Shown: in pieces, positions 1 through 11,486 of the stretch
Numbering within the stretch: the stretch's first letter is position 1
Layout: each line of letters begins with the position of its first letter
Source of the DNA: an uncultured Alphaproteobacteria bacterium
GTDB lineage: Bacteria > Pseudomonadota > Alphaproteobacteria > HIMB59 > GCA-002718135
Direction: 5' to 3'
DNA: 64,000 nucleotides
Assembly (NCBI GenBank): GCA_902620425.1
Contig: CACNHX010000002.1
Span: 75,127-139,126, forward strand
The notes under the pieces: model-generated
The model's input: only the letters and a program-made list of their open reading frames with translations
Database searches by the model: none
What the model was told of the DNA's origin: nothing
Position numbers and translations under genes: made by a program

Positions 1-39
1 ATATCGATGTACTACCATTGCCTTTTTCAACAAAAAAAA

Positions 40-747
40 CTAACTAATTAATTTAGCAGTACAAAAATAATTTATCATATAATTTTTTGACAATTTCCAT
101 TCCCTATTTAATGGATCAAAAACCAAACCTTTAATATTCTTAAAATAAAATTTTTCTTTTAATAAAATTTTTTTTAATTCTTCAGGTTGAATTAATTTAT
201 TATAATCATGTGTTCCTTTTGGTATCCAATGGAGGAAATTTTCTGCTAAATCAATTGCAAATAATTTAGAAAGTAAGTTTCTATTAATTGTAGAAAATAT
301 AATTATACCATCTTTGTTTAAATTATTTCTTATATTTTTAATTGTTTTTTTCCAATTATCTAAATGTTCTAAAACTTCAAACATTAGTATTAAATCAAAT
401 TTTTTATCGAATTTTGATTTTTCAATATCTTTATAAATATAATTAATTTTAAGTTTATTTTTTTTGGAATGTATCTTTGCAGCCTTAATATTATTTGGGG
501 CAAAATCTATCCCGGTAACTTTAGCGCCTAGTCTGGCTAGTGGTTCACAAATTATTCCCCCACCACAGCCTACATCAAGTATTTTCAAATTTTTAATGTT
601 CCTATTATTAATTTGATCTAATATGTAAGTCATTCTATGACTTTTAATTTGATGAAGAATCTTAAATTTACCGTTTTCATTCCACCATTCATCAGAAAGT
701 TGATTAAACAAAGCAAATTCTTCATTTTTTGATTTTATATTCATCAT
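40..747 (-). CDS. ubiG: Ubiquinone biosynthesis O-methyltransferase
   Basis: WW..G.FK.LH N-terminal motif, SAM-binding LDVGCGGG, EVLEH, GTHDY; divergent from lysC as in alphaproteobacteria. Confidence 0.93.
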   Translation of the reverse strand: MMNIKSKNEEFALFNQLSDEWWNENGKFKILHQIKSHRMTYILDQINNRNIKNLKILDVGCGGGIICEPLARLGAKVTGIDFAPNNIKAAKIHSKKNKLKINYIYKDIEKSKFDKKFDLILMFEVLEHLDNWKKTIKNIRNNLNKDGIIIFSTINRNLLSKLFAIDLAENFLHWIPKGTHDYNKLIQPEELKKILLKEKFYFKNIKGLVFDPLNREWKLSKNYMINYFCTAKLIS

Positions 748-810
748 ATTTCTTGTTTGTTAGAAACAATAATTATATTAGCTCAAATAATTTAAAATAT
801 ATTTAAGTCA

Positions 811-2022
811 ATGAAACTTGTAGTAATGAAATTTGGAGGTACATCAGTTGGCAGTATCGATAAAATCGATAATGTTGCAAATATAGTAGAAAAGAAATTA
901 CATGATGGAAAATTGATTGTTGTTTTATCTGCAATGTCAGGTGTAACAAATCAATTACAAGAGTATATAGACGAAATTAAGTCAAATGAGATTATTGAAA
1001 ATGATTTAATTTTAACATCTGGTGAAGCTGTTTCAGTTGGACTTCTTTCAGCTATTTTAAAAAAAAGAAAAATTAAGTCCGTTCCATTGCTCGGATGGCA
1101 AATTCCAATTATTACTGACAGTAATCATCAAAAAGCTAAAATATTGAACATCGATAAAGTTAGAATTAATCAATACCTAAAAAATTATGATGTTATAGTT
1201 GTTGCTGGATTTCAAGGTGTCGATATAGATGGAAATATTACATCTTTAGGTAGAGGGGGCTCTGACACAACCGCAGTTGCTATCGCTGCAGCTGTTGATG
1301 CTGATAGATGTGATATTTATACTGATGTTGATGGTGTTTATACAACTGATCCAAATTTAGAACACAAAGCTAGAAAGATTAATAAATTAGCATTTGAAGA
1401 AATGTTGGAAATGTCATCTACTGGAGCTAAAGTACTTCATACCCGTTCTGTTGAATTAGCGATGAAAAATAATCTTACCTTACAAGTGCTTTCTTCAATA
1501 ACAAAACAAAGTGGCACTTTTGTTGTAGATGAAAATAAATTAATTGAAAAAGAAATTGTAAGCGGAGTAAGCTATAGTAATAATGAATCAAAACTAACCT
1601 TATCCGGTATTGCCGATAAACCTGGCATATCTGCAACAATTTTTGGATTGTTAGCTAATAATAATATTAACGTAGATATGATTGTTCAAAATACATCACA
1701 AGATGGTGTAACAGCTAATATCACCTTTACTGTTCCGAACAGCGAAATTTATAATGCTAAAAAATTATTGGAAGAAAATCAAAATTTGATTAATTTTAAA
1801 TCGATTAAAACCGATACTAATATTTCTAAAATTTCTGTAATTGGTATGGGGATGATGTCTCAATCTGGGGTTGCAAAGAAAATGTTTACAACATTAGCAG
1901 ATAATTCAATTAATATACTAGCTATCTCGACGTCAGAAATAAAGATAAGTGTCTTAATTGATAAAAAATTTACAAAAATTGCTGTTAAATCTCTACATGA
2001 GGCATATAATCTAGGTAAATAA
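811..2022 (+). CDS. lysC: Aspartate kinase
   Basis: VMKFGGTSV, LGRGGSDTTAV, IYTDVDGVYT motifs; C-terminal ACT domains. Confidence 0.97.
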   Translation: MKLVVMKFGGTSVGSIDKIDNVANIVEKKLHDGKLIVVLSAMSGVTNQLQEYIDEIKSNEIIENDLILTSGEAVSVGLLSAILKKRKIKSVPLLGWQIPIITDSNHQKAKILNIDKVRINQYLKNYDVIVVAGFQGVDIDGNITSLGRGGSDTTAVAIAAAVDADRCDIYTDVDGVYTTDPNLEHKARKINKLAFEEMLEMSSTGAKVLHTRSVELAMKNNLTLQVLSSITKQSGTFVVDENKLIEKEIVSGVSYSNNESKLTLSGIADKPGISATIFGLLANNNINVDMIVQNTSQDGVTANITFTVPNSEIYNAKKLLEENQNLINFKSIKTDTNISKISVIGMGMMSQSGVAKKMFTTLADNSINILAISTSEIKISVLIDKKFTKIAVKSLHEAYNLGK

Positions 2023-2808
2023 ATGAAAACAGTAGGTCAGATTTTATCAATTGGAAGAAACTCTAAAAATCTTTCAATTAGCGATATAGCAATTGAATTA
2101 AAAATTTCTAAAACTATCATTATTGATCTTGAAAATGATAATATAAAAAACAATTCAGATATTATTTTTAATATTGGACATTTAAGGTCTTATTCAAACT
2201 TTCTTGAGCTAGATACAGACGCAATTATCAAAAAATTTAAAGATGAAGTATCATTTAATTTTAAGGAAGAGAAAAAGAATATTACCCCAATAGTTGAAAA
2301 TAATTTTTTTAAAGCAGAAAAATTTTTTGCTGCTTCTATTATTCTAATTATATTTACTTCATTTTACTTTTTATTCATTGATCAAAATGATAATAAAATA
2401 AACTTTGCTTTAGTTCCAGATATACCTGAAAGTTTAGAACCTATAGTTGAAAAAGCTAATACTTTTGATAACTTATCTCCAAGCACTGATATTAAAAAAA
2501 ATGATTTGGTAAATAATTCTAGTGCTATAGCATCTATAGAAATTGATGAAGATGTGACTATAGTTGCTACATTAAAAATGTTAAATCCAACTTGGCTTCA
2601 ATTAAGAGATGAAGAGAATAATATTGTTTTAAGCAAGTTAATGGATAAAGATGAAGAATTTTCATATGAATTAAAATTGAATTACAATATTACTGCAGGA
2701 AATGCAGGGAATATTTTAGTACTTATAGATGATGAAGTAAGAGGGAAGATAGGTAAATACGGTGATATTTTAGACTCTTTTGTTTTATATAAAGATTTTA
2801 CAAACTAA
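2023..2808 (+). CDS. rodZ: RodZ-like cell-shape protein (HTH, TM helix, DUF4115)
   Basis: N-terminal HTH with G.LRSYS.FL, one hydrophobic helix, C-terminal WLQLRD/TAGNAG; position upstream of ispG. Confidence 0.8.
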   Translation: MKTVGQILSIGRNSKNLSISDIAIELKISKTIIIDLENDNIKNNSDIIFNIGHLRSYSNFLELDTDAIIKKFKDEVSFNFKEEKKNITPIVENNFFKAEKFFAASIILIIFTSFYFLFIDQNDNKINFALVPDIPESLEPIVEKANTFDNLSPSTDIKKNDLVNNSSAIASIEIDEDVTIVATLKMLNPTWLQLRDEENNIVLSKLMDKDEEFSYELKLNYNITAGNAGNILVLIDDEVRGKIGKYGDILDSFVLYKDFTN

Positions 2809-2812
2809 ATAG

Positions 2813-3910
2813 ATGCTAAGACCGTATCAACAGATTAATAGAAGAAAATCGCGCGTTATTAAAGTTGGAAATGTAAGCATTGGTGGAAATAATCAAATTG
2901 CAGTGCAAACCATGACAAATACTTTAACTTCTAATGCTAAAGATACTATTGCTCAAATAGAAAGGTCAGCAAAACTTGGAGTTGATTTAGTTCGAGTTTC
3001 TGTTCCAGATAAAGAGTCTTCACATTCTTTAAAAGAAATTGTTAAGCATAGCTCTGTACCTATTATTGCAGATATTCATTTTCATTATAAAAGAGGTATC
3101 GAAGCAGCAAATAATGGTGCCTCTTGTATTAGAATAAATCCTGGTAATATCGGTAGCACTGAAAGAATAAAAGAAGTTATTAAAGCTGCAAAAGATAATA
3201 ATTGCTCAATTAGAGTAGGTGTAAATGCAGGAAGTTTAGAAAAACAAATTTTAGAGAAATACTCTGAACCTAATCCTGAAGCTTTAGTTGAAAGTGCTCA
3301 ATTAAATATAAAGATACTTGAAGATAATGATTTCACTAATTTTAAAATTAGTGTGAAATCTTCAGATATATTTATGTCAATAAAAGCATATGAGCAATTA
3401 GCAGAATTATGTGATTATCCATTGCATTTAGGTATTACTGAGGCAGGAGGCAAGAGAACAGGTTCAATTAAATCTTCAATTGGAGTTGGAAATTTACTTT
3501 TGAGAGGAATAGGGGATACAATAAGAATATCATTGTCAGATGAGCCTGAAGAAGAGGTAAGAGTAGGATTTGAAATCTTAAAAAGCTTAGGACTAAGAAA
3601 TAGGGGCGTAAAAATTATTTCATGCCCTTCATGTGCTAGACAACAATTTGAAGTAATAAAAACTGTAAAAAACTTAGAAAAAAAATTAGATGATATTTCA
3701 ACTCCTATAACAGTGTCAATAATTGGATGTGTTGTTAATGGTCCAGGTGAAGCAACGATGACAAATATTGGAATAACTGGTGGTGGTAATGATACACACA
3801 TGATTTATCTTGATGGTAAAAAAAATAATGTTGTAAAAAATGTTGATTTAGAAAATTATCTTGAAGATCTAATTAGAAAAAAAACTAAAGAAATAGAACT
3901 AAGTACTTAA
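2813..3910 (+). CDS. ispG: (E)-4-hydroxy-3-methylbut-2-enyl diphosphate synthase
   Basis: [28 protein letters not shown] and GCVVNGPGE Fe-S motifs. Confidence 0.97.
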   Translation: MLRPYQQINRRKSRVIKVGNVSIGGNNQIAVQTMTNTLTSNAKDTIAQIERSAKLGVDLVRVSVPDKESSHSLKEIVKHSSVPIIADIHFHYKRGIEAANNGASCIRINPGNIGSTERIKEVIKAAKDNNCSIRVGVNAGSLEKQILEKYSEPNPEALVESAQLNIKILEDNDFTNFKISVKSSDIFMSIKAYEQLAELCDYPLHLGITEAGGKRTGSIKSSIGVGNLLLRGIGDTIRISLSDEPEEEVRVGFEILKSLGLRNRGVKIISCPSCARQQFEVIKTVKNLEKKLDDISTPITVSIIGCVVNGPGEATMTNIGITGGGNDTHMIYLDGKKNNVVKNVDLENYLEDLIRKKTKEIELST

Positions 3911-3911
3911 T

Positions 3912-5156
3912 ATGAAATTAAGATCAGTAAGAGGCACACATGATATGTTTGGAGAAGAAATAGATAAGTTTAACTTTATTTCTAATATTGTTTCTAAAAA
4001 TGCTAATTTAAAAGAATATAAAGAAATCCAGACACCAATTTTTGAATTTAGTGAATTATTTGCAAAACCTCTTGGTGAACATTCTGATGTTGTGTTGAAA
4101 GAAATGTATTCATTTGAAGATCGAAATAATGAATATTTAACACTACGCCCTGAGTACACAACACCTATGATTAGAGCGGCTATTACTAATAATCTCCTAA
4201 ACGAACTTCCATTAAAAATTTATGGAATTGGGCCAATGTTTAGAAGGGAAAGGCCGCAAAAGGGTAGATATAGACAATTTAATCAAATTAATTTTGAAAT
4301 ACTTGGAACTAGAGATTTTCTTGCTGATGTTGAGTTAATTTCTCTGTCAAATAATATTTTAAACGAACTGTTACCTAAATCTAAAATAAAACTTAATATT
4401 AATTCTTTAGGAGATAAGAAAACGTTAATTGATTTTAAAAAAAGTCTTTCAAAGTATTTTAATACCCATAAAAAAAAACTATCAGAAGAAAGCATTAAAA
4501 AAATTGAAACCAACCCATTAAGAATATTAGATTCAAAAAATGAGGAAGATGTAGAAATTTCACTATCTTCACCTAAAATTTACGAATATTTAACCGATGA
4601 AGCTAAAAAGCATTACGAAGATCTTAAAAGATCTTTAAAAATACTAGAAATTGATTTCGAAGAAAACGCTAATCTTGTTAGAGGTCTTGATTATTATTGT
4701 AATACAGTATTCGAATACAAATCAGATAATTTAGGAAGTCAAGATACATTATTAGGTGGTGGAAGATATGACGGTTTAATAAAAGTATTAGGCGGGCCTG
4801 ATATACCTGGTATTGGATGGGCCGCAGGTATTGAAAGAATTGCATTATTAATGGAGTCCGAAAAAAAAATAAGCTCAACTATTCATATTGCTGTAACAAA
4901 TGAAAAATTTACAGATTATTTTCTTTATCTACAAAAATATTTGAATGAAAATAGAATTTCATATTATTGGAATTATAAATACAATTTAAAAAAATCATTT
5001 ACAAAAGCAAATACATCATCAGCATCATATATTATTATTATTGGAGAAAATGAGTTTAATGGTGATTTTTTTACTATAAAAAATTTAATGACTGGTGAAC
5101 AAAAAGAATTAAAGCTTAATCAAATATTTAATCATTTGAATGATAAATCTAGATAA
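3912..5156 (+). CDS. hisS: Histidine--tRNA ligase
   Basis: [36 protein letters not shown]. Confidence 0.97.
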   Translation: MKLRSVRGTHDMFGEEIDKFNFISNIVSKNANLKEYKEIQTPIFEFSELFAKPLGEHSDVVLKEMYSFEDRNNEYLTLRPEYTTPMIRAAITNNLLNELPLKIYGIGPMFRRERPQKGRYRQFNQINFEILGTRDFLADVELISLSNNILNELLPKSKIKLNINSLGDKKTLIDFKKSLSKYFNTHKKKLSEESIKKIETNPLRILDSKNEEDVEISLSSPKIYEYLTDEAKKHYEDLKRSLKILEIDFEENANLVRGLDYYCNTVFEYKSDNLGSQDTLLGGGRYDGLIKVLGGPDIPGIGWAAGIERIALLMESEKKISSTIHIAVTNEKFTDYFLYLQKYLNENRISYYWNYKYNLKKSFTKANTSSASYIIIIGENEFNGDFFTIKNLMTGEQKELKLNQIFNHLNDKSR

Positions 5157-6216
5157 ACAATTTTCAATAATTTTAGAAAAATTTAAATTAATTGAAAATT
5201 CATTAAACAATATGAATGATATTGATTCAAATGAATTAATTAAATTAAACAGAGAATATTCAGAGCTCAAACCAATTGTAGAAAAAATTCAAGAATATAA
5301 CAATTTACAAAAAGATATATTAAATCTTAATGAGTTAATAAAAGATAATGATTTAGAAATTAGTAAGATAGCAGAATCGGAACTAATTGAAAAAAAAAAT
5401 CTAATCAAAGATCTTGAACAGGAATTATTGAAGTTACTAATACCAAAAGATGAAAATGATTCTAAAAATTCAATTTTAGAAATAAGAGCTGGTACTGGAG
5501 GCGATGAAGCATCACTTTTTGCTTCTGATTTATTAAATATGTATCAGAGATATGCTGATTTAAATTCATGGAAATTTGATATTTTATCAATATCAGAAAC
5601 AGGTTTAAAAGGAGTAAAGGAAGTAATTTGTAATATTTCAGGATTAAATGTTTTTTCAAAATTAAAATTTGAATCTGGTGTTCATAGAGTGCAAAGGGTT
5701 CCCACTACTGAAAGTAGTGGAAGAGTACATACTTCAGCTGCTACTGTAGCAGTTCTACCTGAAGCTGAAGAGGTTGATATTGAAGTTCTTGATAAAGATC
5801 TAAGAATTGATGTTTTTAGATCAAGTGGACCAGGAGGACAATCTGTCAACACTACTGATAGTGCTGTAAGAATAACACATACACCAACTGGTATAGTAGT
5901 TTCTCAACAAGATGAAAAATCTCAACATAAAAATAAAGCAAAAGCTTTAAAGATTTTACGATCAAGATTACTAGACAATCAAATACAAGAAAAAAACAAA
6001 GAAAGATCCGAGCAAAGAAAAAATCAAGTAGGTTCTGGAGATAGATCTGAAAGAATAAGAACCTATAATTTTCCTCAAGGAAGGGTTTCTGATCATAGAA
6101 TAAATCTTACATTGTATAATCTATCAGAAATACTTGAAGGTAAAATAGACGAGTTGATAAATCCTTTAATTGCCGAAGAAGAAAGTACAAAGTTAGCAAA
6201 TATGAAAAATGAATGA
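5140..6216 (+). CDS. prfA: Peptide chain release factor 1
   Basis: GPGGQ motif, PTT specificity motif (PxT), followed by prmC. Confidence 0.97.
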   Translation: MINLDKQFSIILEKFKLIENSLNNMNDIDSNELIKLNREYSELKPIVEKIQEYNNLQKDILNLNELIKDNDLEISKIAESELIEKKNLIKDLEQELLKLLIPKDENDSKNSILEIRAGTGGDEASLFASDLLNMYQRYADLNSWKFDILSISETGLKGVKEVICNISGLNVFSKLKFESGVHRVQRVPTTESSGRVHTSAATVAVLPEAEEVDIEVLDKDLRIDVFRSSGPGGQSVNTTDSAVRITHTPTGIVVSQQDEKSQHKNKAKALKILRSRLLDNQIQEKNKERSEQRKNQVGSGDRSERIRTYNFPQGRVSDHRINLTLYNLSEILEGKIDELINPLIAEEESTKLANMKNE

Positions 6217-7039
6217 TTTAATTAAAGAGAGTTTAACTAAACTAAAACAAAAAAATATAAGTAATCCAGAACTAGATCTGAGAATTTTACTAAAGTATGC
6301 TTCAAAGAAAAATAATGAAATTATTTTAAGTAATCTAAATGAAGATAATATTGATATTGTGAAATTTAAATATTATCTTCAAAAAAGAATTAATAGACAA
6401 CCATTAGCTAAAATCATTAAGAATAAACCATTTTGGAAAAATGATTTTTATGTAAATAATTTTGTGTTAGATCCGCGTCCTGAAACAGAATTAATAATTG
6501 AGGAAGTTTTAAATATTTATAGAAACAAAAACCTTAAATTAAAAATATTAGACATTGGTACCGGATCAGGTTGCATTGCAATATCACTAGCAAAAGAATT
6601 TAAAAATGCATCTATCACAGCTATAGATATATCTAAAGAAGCGCTAGAAGTAGCAGAAAGAAACTTAAAAATACATAATTGTTATAATCAAATCCAACTT
6701 AAGATGATTGATTTTAAAAATATTAATTCCAAGTTTGATTTGATTGTATCTAATCCACCATACTTAACAAACAAACAGTTTAATAATGCAGACCCAGAAG
6801 TTAAAAATTTTGAACCTAAAATAGCTTTAGTTGGAGGAGATGATGGGTTGAAATTTTATAGAGAATATTCAAGTTATCTAAAAAAATTAATGAATAAATG
6901 TGCTTATTTTGTATGTGAAATTGGTATTAATCAGAGACAAGATTGTGAAGAAATTTTTGAAAATTCTGGATTATATTTAAATAAAATAGTTAATGATCTT
7001 CAAGGAATCGAGAGAATTCTAAGTTTTTCAAAGATATAA
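6209..7039 (+). CDS. prmC: Release factor glutamine methyltransferase
   Basis: [22 protein letters not shown]. Confidence 0.95.
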   Translation: MNDLIKESLTKLKQKNISNPELDLRILLKYASKKNNEIILSNLNEDNIDIVKFKYYLQKRINRQPLAKIIKNKPFWKNDFYVNNFVLDPRPETELIIEEVLNIYRNKNLKLKILDIGTGSGCIAISLAKEFKNASITAIDISKEALEVAERNLKIHNCYNQIQLKMIDFKNINSKFDLIVSNPPYLTNKQFNNADPEVKNFEPKIALVGGDDGLKFYREYSSYLKKLMNKCAYFVCEIGINQRQDCEEIFENSGLYLNKIVNDLQGIERILSFSKI

Positions 7040-7117
7040 GTTGAAATAAATAAAATGAACTGTATAGTTAAAGAAAAAGATTAATTATTTAAAAAAAATT
7101 TTTAATTTCCAAACAAT

Positions 7118-7531
7118 ATGTATAAAAAAAACGGTAGAACCGCTTATAAGAGTAATAGAAGAACCAGTTTTAAGAAACCTGGTGGATACAAAAATTTCAA
7201 TAATAGAAATAGAGGAAATGTATCCCAGCAATATAACAAGTACTTAAAACTAGCTAAAGAAGCATCAAGATCAGGCGATAGAATTCAATCTGAATACTAT
7301 TATCAATTTACCGATCACTACTACAGAATAATGGTTGAGTTAGGTATTAATATTGAAGAAAACACAAATTTTGATGAGCAAAAACAAAGTACTTCAAATG
7401 AACAATCTTCAGATACTGATAATCAAACCACCGAAGTAAATGATAATGATAAAGCAGAAGATGACTCTATCGAATCTATTCCATTTATAGCTGAACCATC
7501 TAAAGAAAAAAGAACAAGATCAACAAAGTAG
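7118..7531 (+). CDS. DUF4167-family protein
   Basis: RG..SQ.YNKYL.LAKEA..SGDR..SEYYYQF.DHY.R motif plus acidic low-complexity tail; usual position after prmC. Confidence 0.8.
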   Translation: MYKKNGRTAYKSNRRTSFKKPGGYKNFNNRNRGNVSQQYNKYLKLAKEASRSGDRIQSEYYYQFTDHYYRIMVELGINIEENTNFDEQKQSTSNEQSSDTDNQTTEVNDNDKAEDDSIESIPFIAEPSKEKRTRSTK

Positions 7532-8824
7532 TTATTCATATAACATGCTCAAATGATCAGCATATATTATTTTATATTCTTTTTTAAATTTTTCTAATTC
7601 CTTACCCTCAAGTATTTTTCCAGAAGGAAGTTTTAGTTTTAATGGATTTATATGTTGATTTTGATAAATAATTTCATAATGAAGATGAGGTCCTGTAGAA
7701 TTACCTGTACTACCTACATAGCCTATAACTTCACCTTGGTTAACTCTTACCCCTTTAGAAATACCTTTCTTATAATTTGACAAATGTGCATACGCTGTTT
7801 TATATCCATTATTATGCCTTATACGAATATATTTTCCATATCCTCCATTTCTGCCAACGTATTCAACAATTCCGTTCCCTCCAGCATAAATTGGTGTTCC
7901 AGTAGGTGCAGCAAAATCAACACCTTTATGCATTTTATTGAAACCTGAGATAGGATGTTTACGCATACCAAAATTTGATGAAATTCTAGCGCCGTCTAAA
8001 GGTGTCTTTAATATTGATTTTTTAACATTTTTACCCTCTCTGTTAAAATAATCAATATAACCATCATCTGTTATAAACTTAAAATATTCTAATTGTTTCC
8101 CATCAATTATTATCGAAGCATATTTAATATCGTTATATTCTAATCTACCCGTTTCAATTATTTCATCAAATTCATAGGATATTGAAACAACAGTATCAAC
8201 TCTAATATCTCTTTGAAAATCAAGATCAAAACTAAAAAGACTGATTATTTTAACTAAAATATCAGGTGATACACCATTTTTAATACCGTCTGAAAATAAT
8301 GATTCTGTAATTGTATATTCTTTTGATTCAATGAATGAATCCTTAGTTAATTCTCTTATATTTAAATTTATTTCTTTATCTAAATAAACTGATATAATTG
8401 TCTCACTGTTCTTAAAAAATTCAATTTTTTTTATTTCTCCAAAACTATTTTCAAATACACTTATAATTTCTCCAGTTTTGATTTTCTTTAAATCAAAAAA
8501 GTTTTCTATCTCACTTATAATTTCATAAATATTTTCTTGTTCAAAGTTTAAGCTTTCTAAAATAGAAACAAAAGTATCACCTTGTAAAATTTTAATTTTT
8601 TTCTCAACATACTGCACTTTATCAATACTTTTTTTTATATTAGGTAAAGCCACTTCCTCTTTTTTTTCTTTAATTATTTCTTTTTTTTCTTCTATTATTT
8701 CATTTTTTACAATATCTCTCTCTAAAAATTTTTTCTCTGATAAGTTAAAATATTCTGAAATAAACAGATAATATCCTGACGATATTAAAGAGATTAAAAT
8801 TAGATATCTTAAAATTCTAAACAC
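7532..8824 (-). CDS. M23-family peptidoglycan DD-endopeptidase
   Basis: N-terminal TM anchor; HKGVDFAA, YAHL, TGPHLHYE Zn motifs; GTG start. Confidence 0.9.
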   Translation of the reverse strand: MFRILRYLILISLISSGYYLFISEYFNLSEKKFLERDIVKNEIIEEKKEIIKEKKEEVALPNIKKSIDKVQYVEKKIKILQGDTFVSILESLNFEQENIYEIISEIENFFDLKKIKTGEIISVFENSFGEIKKIEFFKNSETIISVYLDKEINLNIRELTKDSFIESKEYTITESLFSDGIKNGVSPDILVKIISLFSFDLDFQRDIRVDTVVSISYEFDEIIETGRLEYNDIKYASIIIDGKQLEYFKFITDDGYIDYFNREGKNVKKSILKTPLDGARISSNFGMRKHPISGFNKMHKGVDFAAPTGTPIYAGGNGIVEYVGRNGGYGKYIRIRHNNGYKTAYAHLSNYKKGISKGVRVNQGEVIGYVGSTGNSTGPHLHYEIIYQNQHINPLKLKLPSGKILEGKELEKFKKEYKIIYADHLSMLYE

Positions 8825-9289
8825 TTAAAAATATTTTGAATTAAAATATACAAGTGGTTTCATTTTATCGTTAGATTGTAGTTCTAATATCTTACATATA
8901 AATATTATATGATCACCTTTTTTGATTTTATCTATTACTTTACACTCAAGATTTGCTATGCAATTTGGTATAATTGCTGTTTTATTTCTTCCTTCAATAA
9001 ATTTTATATTTTCTAACTTTGGTGTAGTTGAAGCAAAATTATCAGATAATTCTTTTTGTTTACTAGATAAAATATTTATTGATAAAAATTTAGTTTTTGA
9101 AAATAGCTTTAATGAAGACGAGTAATTACCTAAAGAAAACAAAACCATAGGAGGGTTTAGAGATAGAGAGTTAAATGAATTAACAGTTTTCCCATATATT
9201 GAATTATTATGTTTAACACATACAACAGTAATTCCCGTCGAAAACTTACTAAGTGTTTTTTTAAAATTCTTAGTGTTTACTTTTTTCAT
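8825..9289 (-). CDS. Flavin reductase-like FMN-binding protein
   Basis: F.TGITVV, TVNSF.SLSL.PP.V, GDH.IF motifs. Confidence 0.88.
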   Translation of the reverse strand: MKKVNTKNFKKTLSKFSTGITVVCVKHNNSIYGKTVNSFNSLSLNPPMVLFSLGNYSSSLKLFSKTKFLSINILSSKQKELSDNFASTTPKLENIKFIEGRNKTAIIPNCIANLECKVIDKIKKGDHIIFICKILELQSNDKMKPLVYFNSKYF

Positions 9290-9786
9290 AATCTTTTTTG
9301 CATATAAATTGAATCAATCCACTTATTTTTTTTAAAACCGGCTTTTTTTATAGTTCCAATATATTGAAAACCATTATTTCTATGTATTTTTATGGAAGCA
9401 AAATTATTTTTTCCACTAATCACTGCTATTAAATTTTTAATTTTTGTAATTTTTTTACATATTTTCATAAGTTCTTTTAATATTTTATTACCATAACCAT
9501 TATTAATGTAATCTGGATTTACATAGATTGAGTGTTCATATGAAAATCTATATCCACTTTTTTCTCTAAACTTATTTACAAATGCTAATCCAATAACTTC
9601 ATTTTCTTTAATTGCTAAAATAAATGGTAACTTATTTTTTTTTACTTGTTTTAATAATAAATTAAATTTTGATTTAGATAATTTTTTTTCTTCAAAATTA
9701 GAGAATGAATTTTCAATAAAATAATTATAAATTTTTAGAGCTTTAGAGATTTCATTATCTGTAAAATTATTTTCTTTTACTTTCAT
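9286..9786 (-). CDS. GNAT N-acetyltransferase (phosphinothricin/YncA-like)
   Basis: Y..SYEHSIYV.P...G.G, N.ASI..H...GF; AAGGAG SD upstream. Confidence 0.82.
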   Translation of the reverse strand: MKVKENNFTDNEISKALKIYNYFIENSFSNFEEKKLSKSKFNLLLKQVKKNKLPFILAIKENEVIGLAFVNKFREKSGYRFSYEHSIYVNPDYINNGYGNKILKELMKICKKITKIKNLIAVISGKNNFASIKIHRNNGFQYIGTIKKAGFKKNKWIDSIYMQKRL

Positions 9787-10006
9787 TTATCTCCTTATTT
9801 CAAAAATCAATTGTATGAATAATTCTAAATCCTGAATATTATTTAATAAAAAATTGATCAATATGTTTATAATTTATTTACCTAATTAATGATTAAAAAA
9901 GGTTAAATTAAGTAAAATTTAAAAATATTATATAAGCTTTCGATTGTTGCTTTAGCTTTAAAAGTCATTATATTTCAAATACTATATTTAAATAAAAAAA
10001 TTACTT

Positions 10007-10081
10007 GGGTGTGTAGCTCAGCGGTAGAGCACTGCCTCGACACGGCAGGGGTCACAGGTTCAATCCCTGTCACACCCACCA
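10007..10081 (+). tRNA. tRNA-Val(GAC)
   Basis: GGGTGTG/CACACCC acceptor stem, TAGCTCAG D arm, CTGCC-TCGACAC-GGCAG anticodon arm, GGTTCAATCC T arm, encoded CCA. Confidence 0.96.
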
Positions 10082-10135
10082 TAGAAATTTTAATAAATAT
10101 TCTTGAAATTTAATAATATGATATATTTATAATAT

Positions 10136-10546
10136 ATGTTTAAATGTTTGCTAGTAGCGACTCTAATTGCTTCACTGATTTTCTTAATAATAGATATAAT
10201 TTGGTTAAGCTTTGCCACAAAGTCTTTTTATAAACCTCTAATTGGTAACTTATTAACTGAAAAACCTGTGATGTGGGCAGCCGCTCTTTTTTACATATTA
10301 TACGTCTTTGGTATGGCTTTGGTTGTAATTCAACCTTGTGTTGATTCTGGTAACTTAATGAAAACATTGTACACTGGATTCATATTTGGTTTGGTTGCAT
10401 ATGGCACATATAACTTAACAAATATGGCAGTACTTAAAGGATGGTCACCAACCGTTACCTTCGTAGATATGTTATGGGGTGGTTCATTGACAGCTGTATC
10501 AGCTACATCTGGGTTATATTTAGCAAAAAAAATAGTACATTTTTAA
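10136..10546 (+). CDS. DUF2177-family membrane protein
   Basis: D..WL, G...YGTY.LTN.A.LK.W...V..VDM.WG signature; hydrophobic. Confidence 0.85.
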   Translation: MFKCLLVATLIASLIFLIIDIIWLSFATKSFYKPLIGNLLTEKPVMWAAALFYILYVFGMALVVIQPCVDSGNLMKTLYTGFIFGLVAYGTYNLTNMAVLKGWSPTVTFVDMLWGGSLTAVSATSGLYLAKKIVHF

Positions 10547-11433
10547 CTTAGTCGATCCATTCCAAACGCTAGCATTTTTATTAGTATAGGGTTTTGACTT
10601 ATTTTATTTTTATATTTTTTTATAAAAGTATTAATTTTATTATTACATAAATCTGTAACTTGTTTTTCACCAATTAATTTTAGTAAGGTACTTTTGCCTT
10701 GCTCAATATCTTTACCTGGTGTTTTTCCAATTTTTTTAAAAGTTCCAATTTCATCGATTAAGTCATCTATAATTTGAAATATTAAACCAAATAACATTCC
10801 ATAATCTTTTGCAAATTGAATATCTATTTTACTTTTATCTTTTAATATAAAAGGTGCAGAAAAAGAGAATTCAAATAACTTGCCAGTTTTTCTAGAATAC
10901 ATATCTAAAATTTTATTTTTAGATAACTTTTTATTTTCGTATTCTAAATCTAAAGCTTGACCAAGAGCTAATCCATTATGTCCAATACACAAAGAAAGAT
11001 AATTTATTAAATTTAATCTAGAAATAACATTTTTATTTTTTAAATTTCCTGAGATTAATTCAAATGCTAAATCATGTAAAGCATCTCCTGCTAAAATTGC
11101 AGTAGCCTCATTAAATTTTTTATGAGTACTTAATTTACCTCTTCTGTAATCATCATCATCCATTGATGGTAAATCATCGTGAATTAAGGAGTACGAATGT
11201 ATACATTCAATACATGAGGCTATGATAAAGGCATCATTTGATGAAATTTTTGCTATTTTTGCAGACTCCATTACTAGAAATGGCCTTATTCTTTTTCCTC
11301 CATTCATAGAGCCATAAAAGATTGCATTAGATAAATTTGATTTGTCTAGCTTATATTTTAAAAGTTTTTTAAATTTATTATCAAACTTTCTTTTATTTGC
11401 ATTTATTAACGTATTTAAGTTCATAGATAACAA
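10543..11433 (-). CDS. ispA: Farnesyl/geranyl diphosphate synthase
   Basis: GGKRIRP, LIHDDLPSMDDDDYRRG, FQIIDD, GKTPGKD. Confidence 0.93.
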   Translation of the reverse strand: MLSMNLNTLINANKRKFDNKFKKLLKYKLDKSNLSNAIFYGSMNGGKRIRPFLVMESAKIAKISSNDAFIIASCIECIHSYSLIHDDLPSMDDDDYRRGKLSTHKKFNEATAILAGDALHDLAFELISGNLKNKNVISRLNLINYLSLCIGHNGLALGQALDLEYENKKLSKNKILDMYSRKTGKLFEFSFSAPFILKDKSKIDIQFAKDYGMLFGLIFQIIDDLIDEIGTFKKIGKTPGKDIEQGKSTLLKLIGEKQVTDLCNNKINTFIKKYKNKISQNPILIKMLAFGMDRLS

Positions 11434-11486
11434 TTTATATTTGTTTTAATTTCTAAATTATTTAATACAAATATGCGAATGTATTT

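Noticed and set aside
3415-4878. Short alternative ORFs inside ispG and hisS (3415-3801, 3899-4159, 4283-4513, 4678-4878)
   Set aside because: Fully overlap well-supported genes and have no recognisable motifs; the same applies to the other short nested ORFs in the track
9903-9968. 21-codon minus-strand ORF (MTFKAKATIESLYNIFKFYLI) upstream of tRNA-Val
   Set aside because: Too short, no SD, no recognisable similarity; expected by chance
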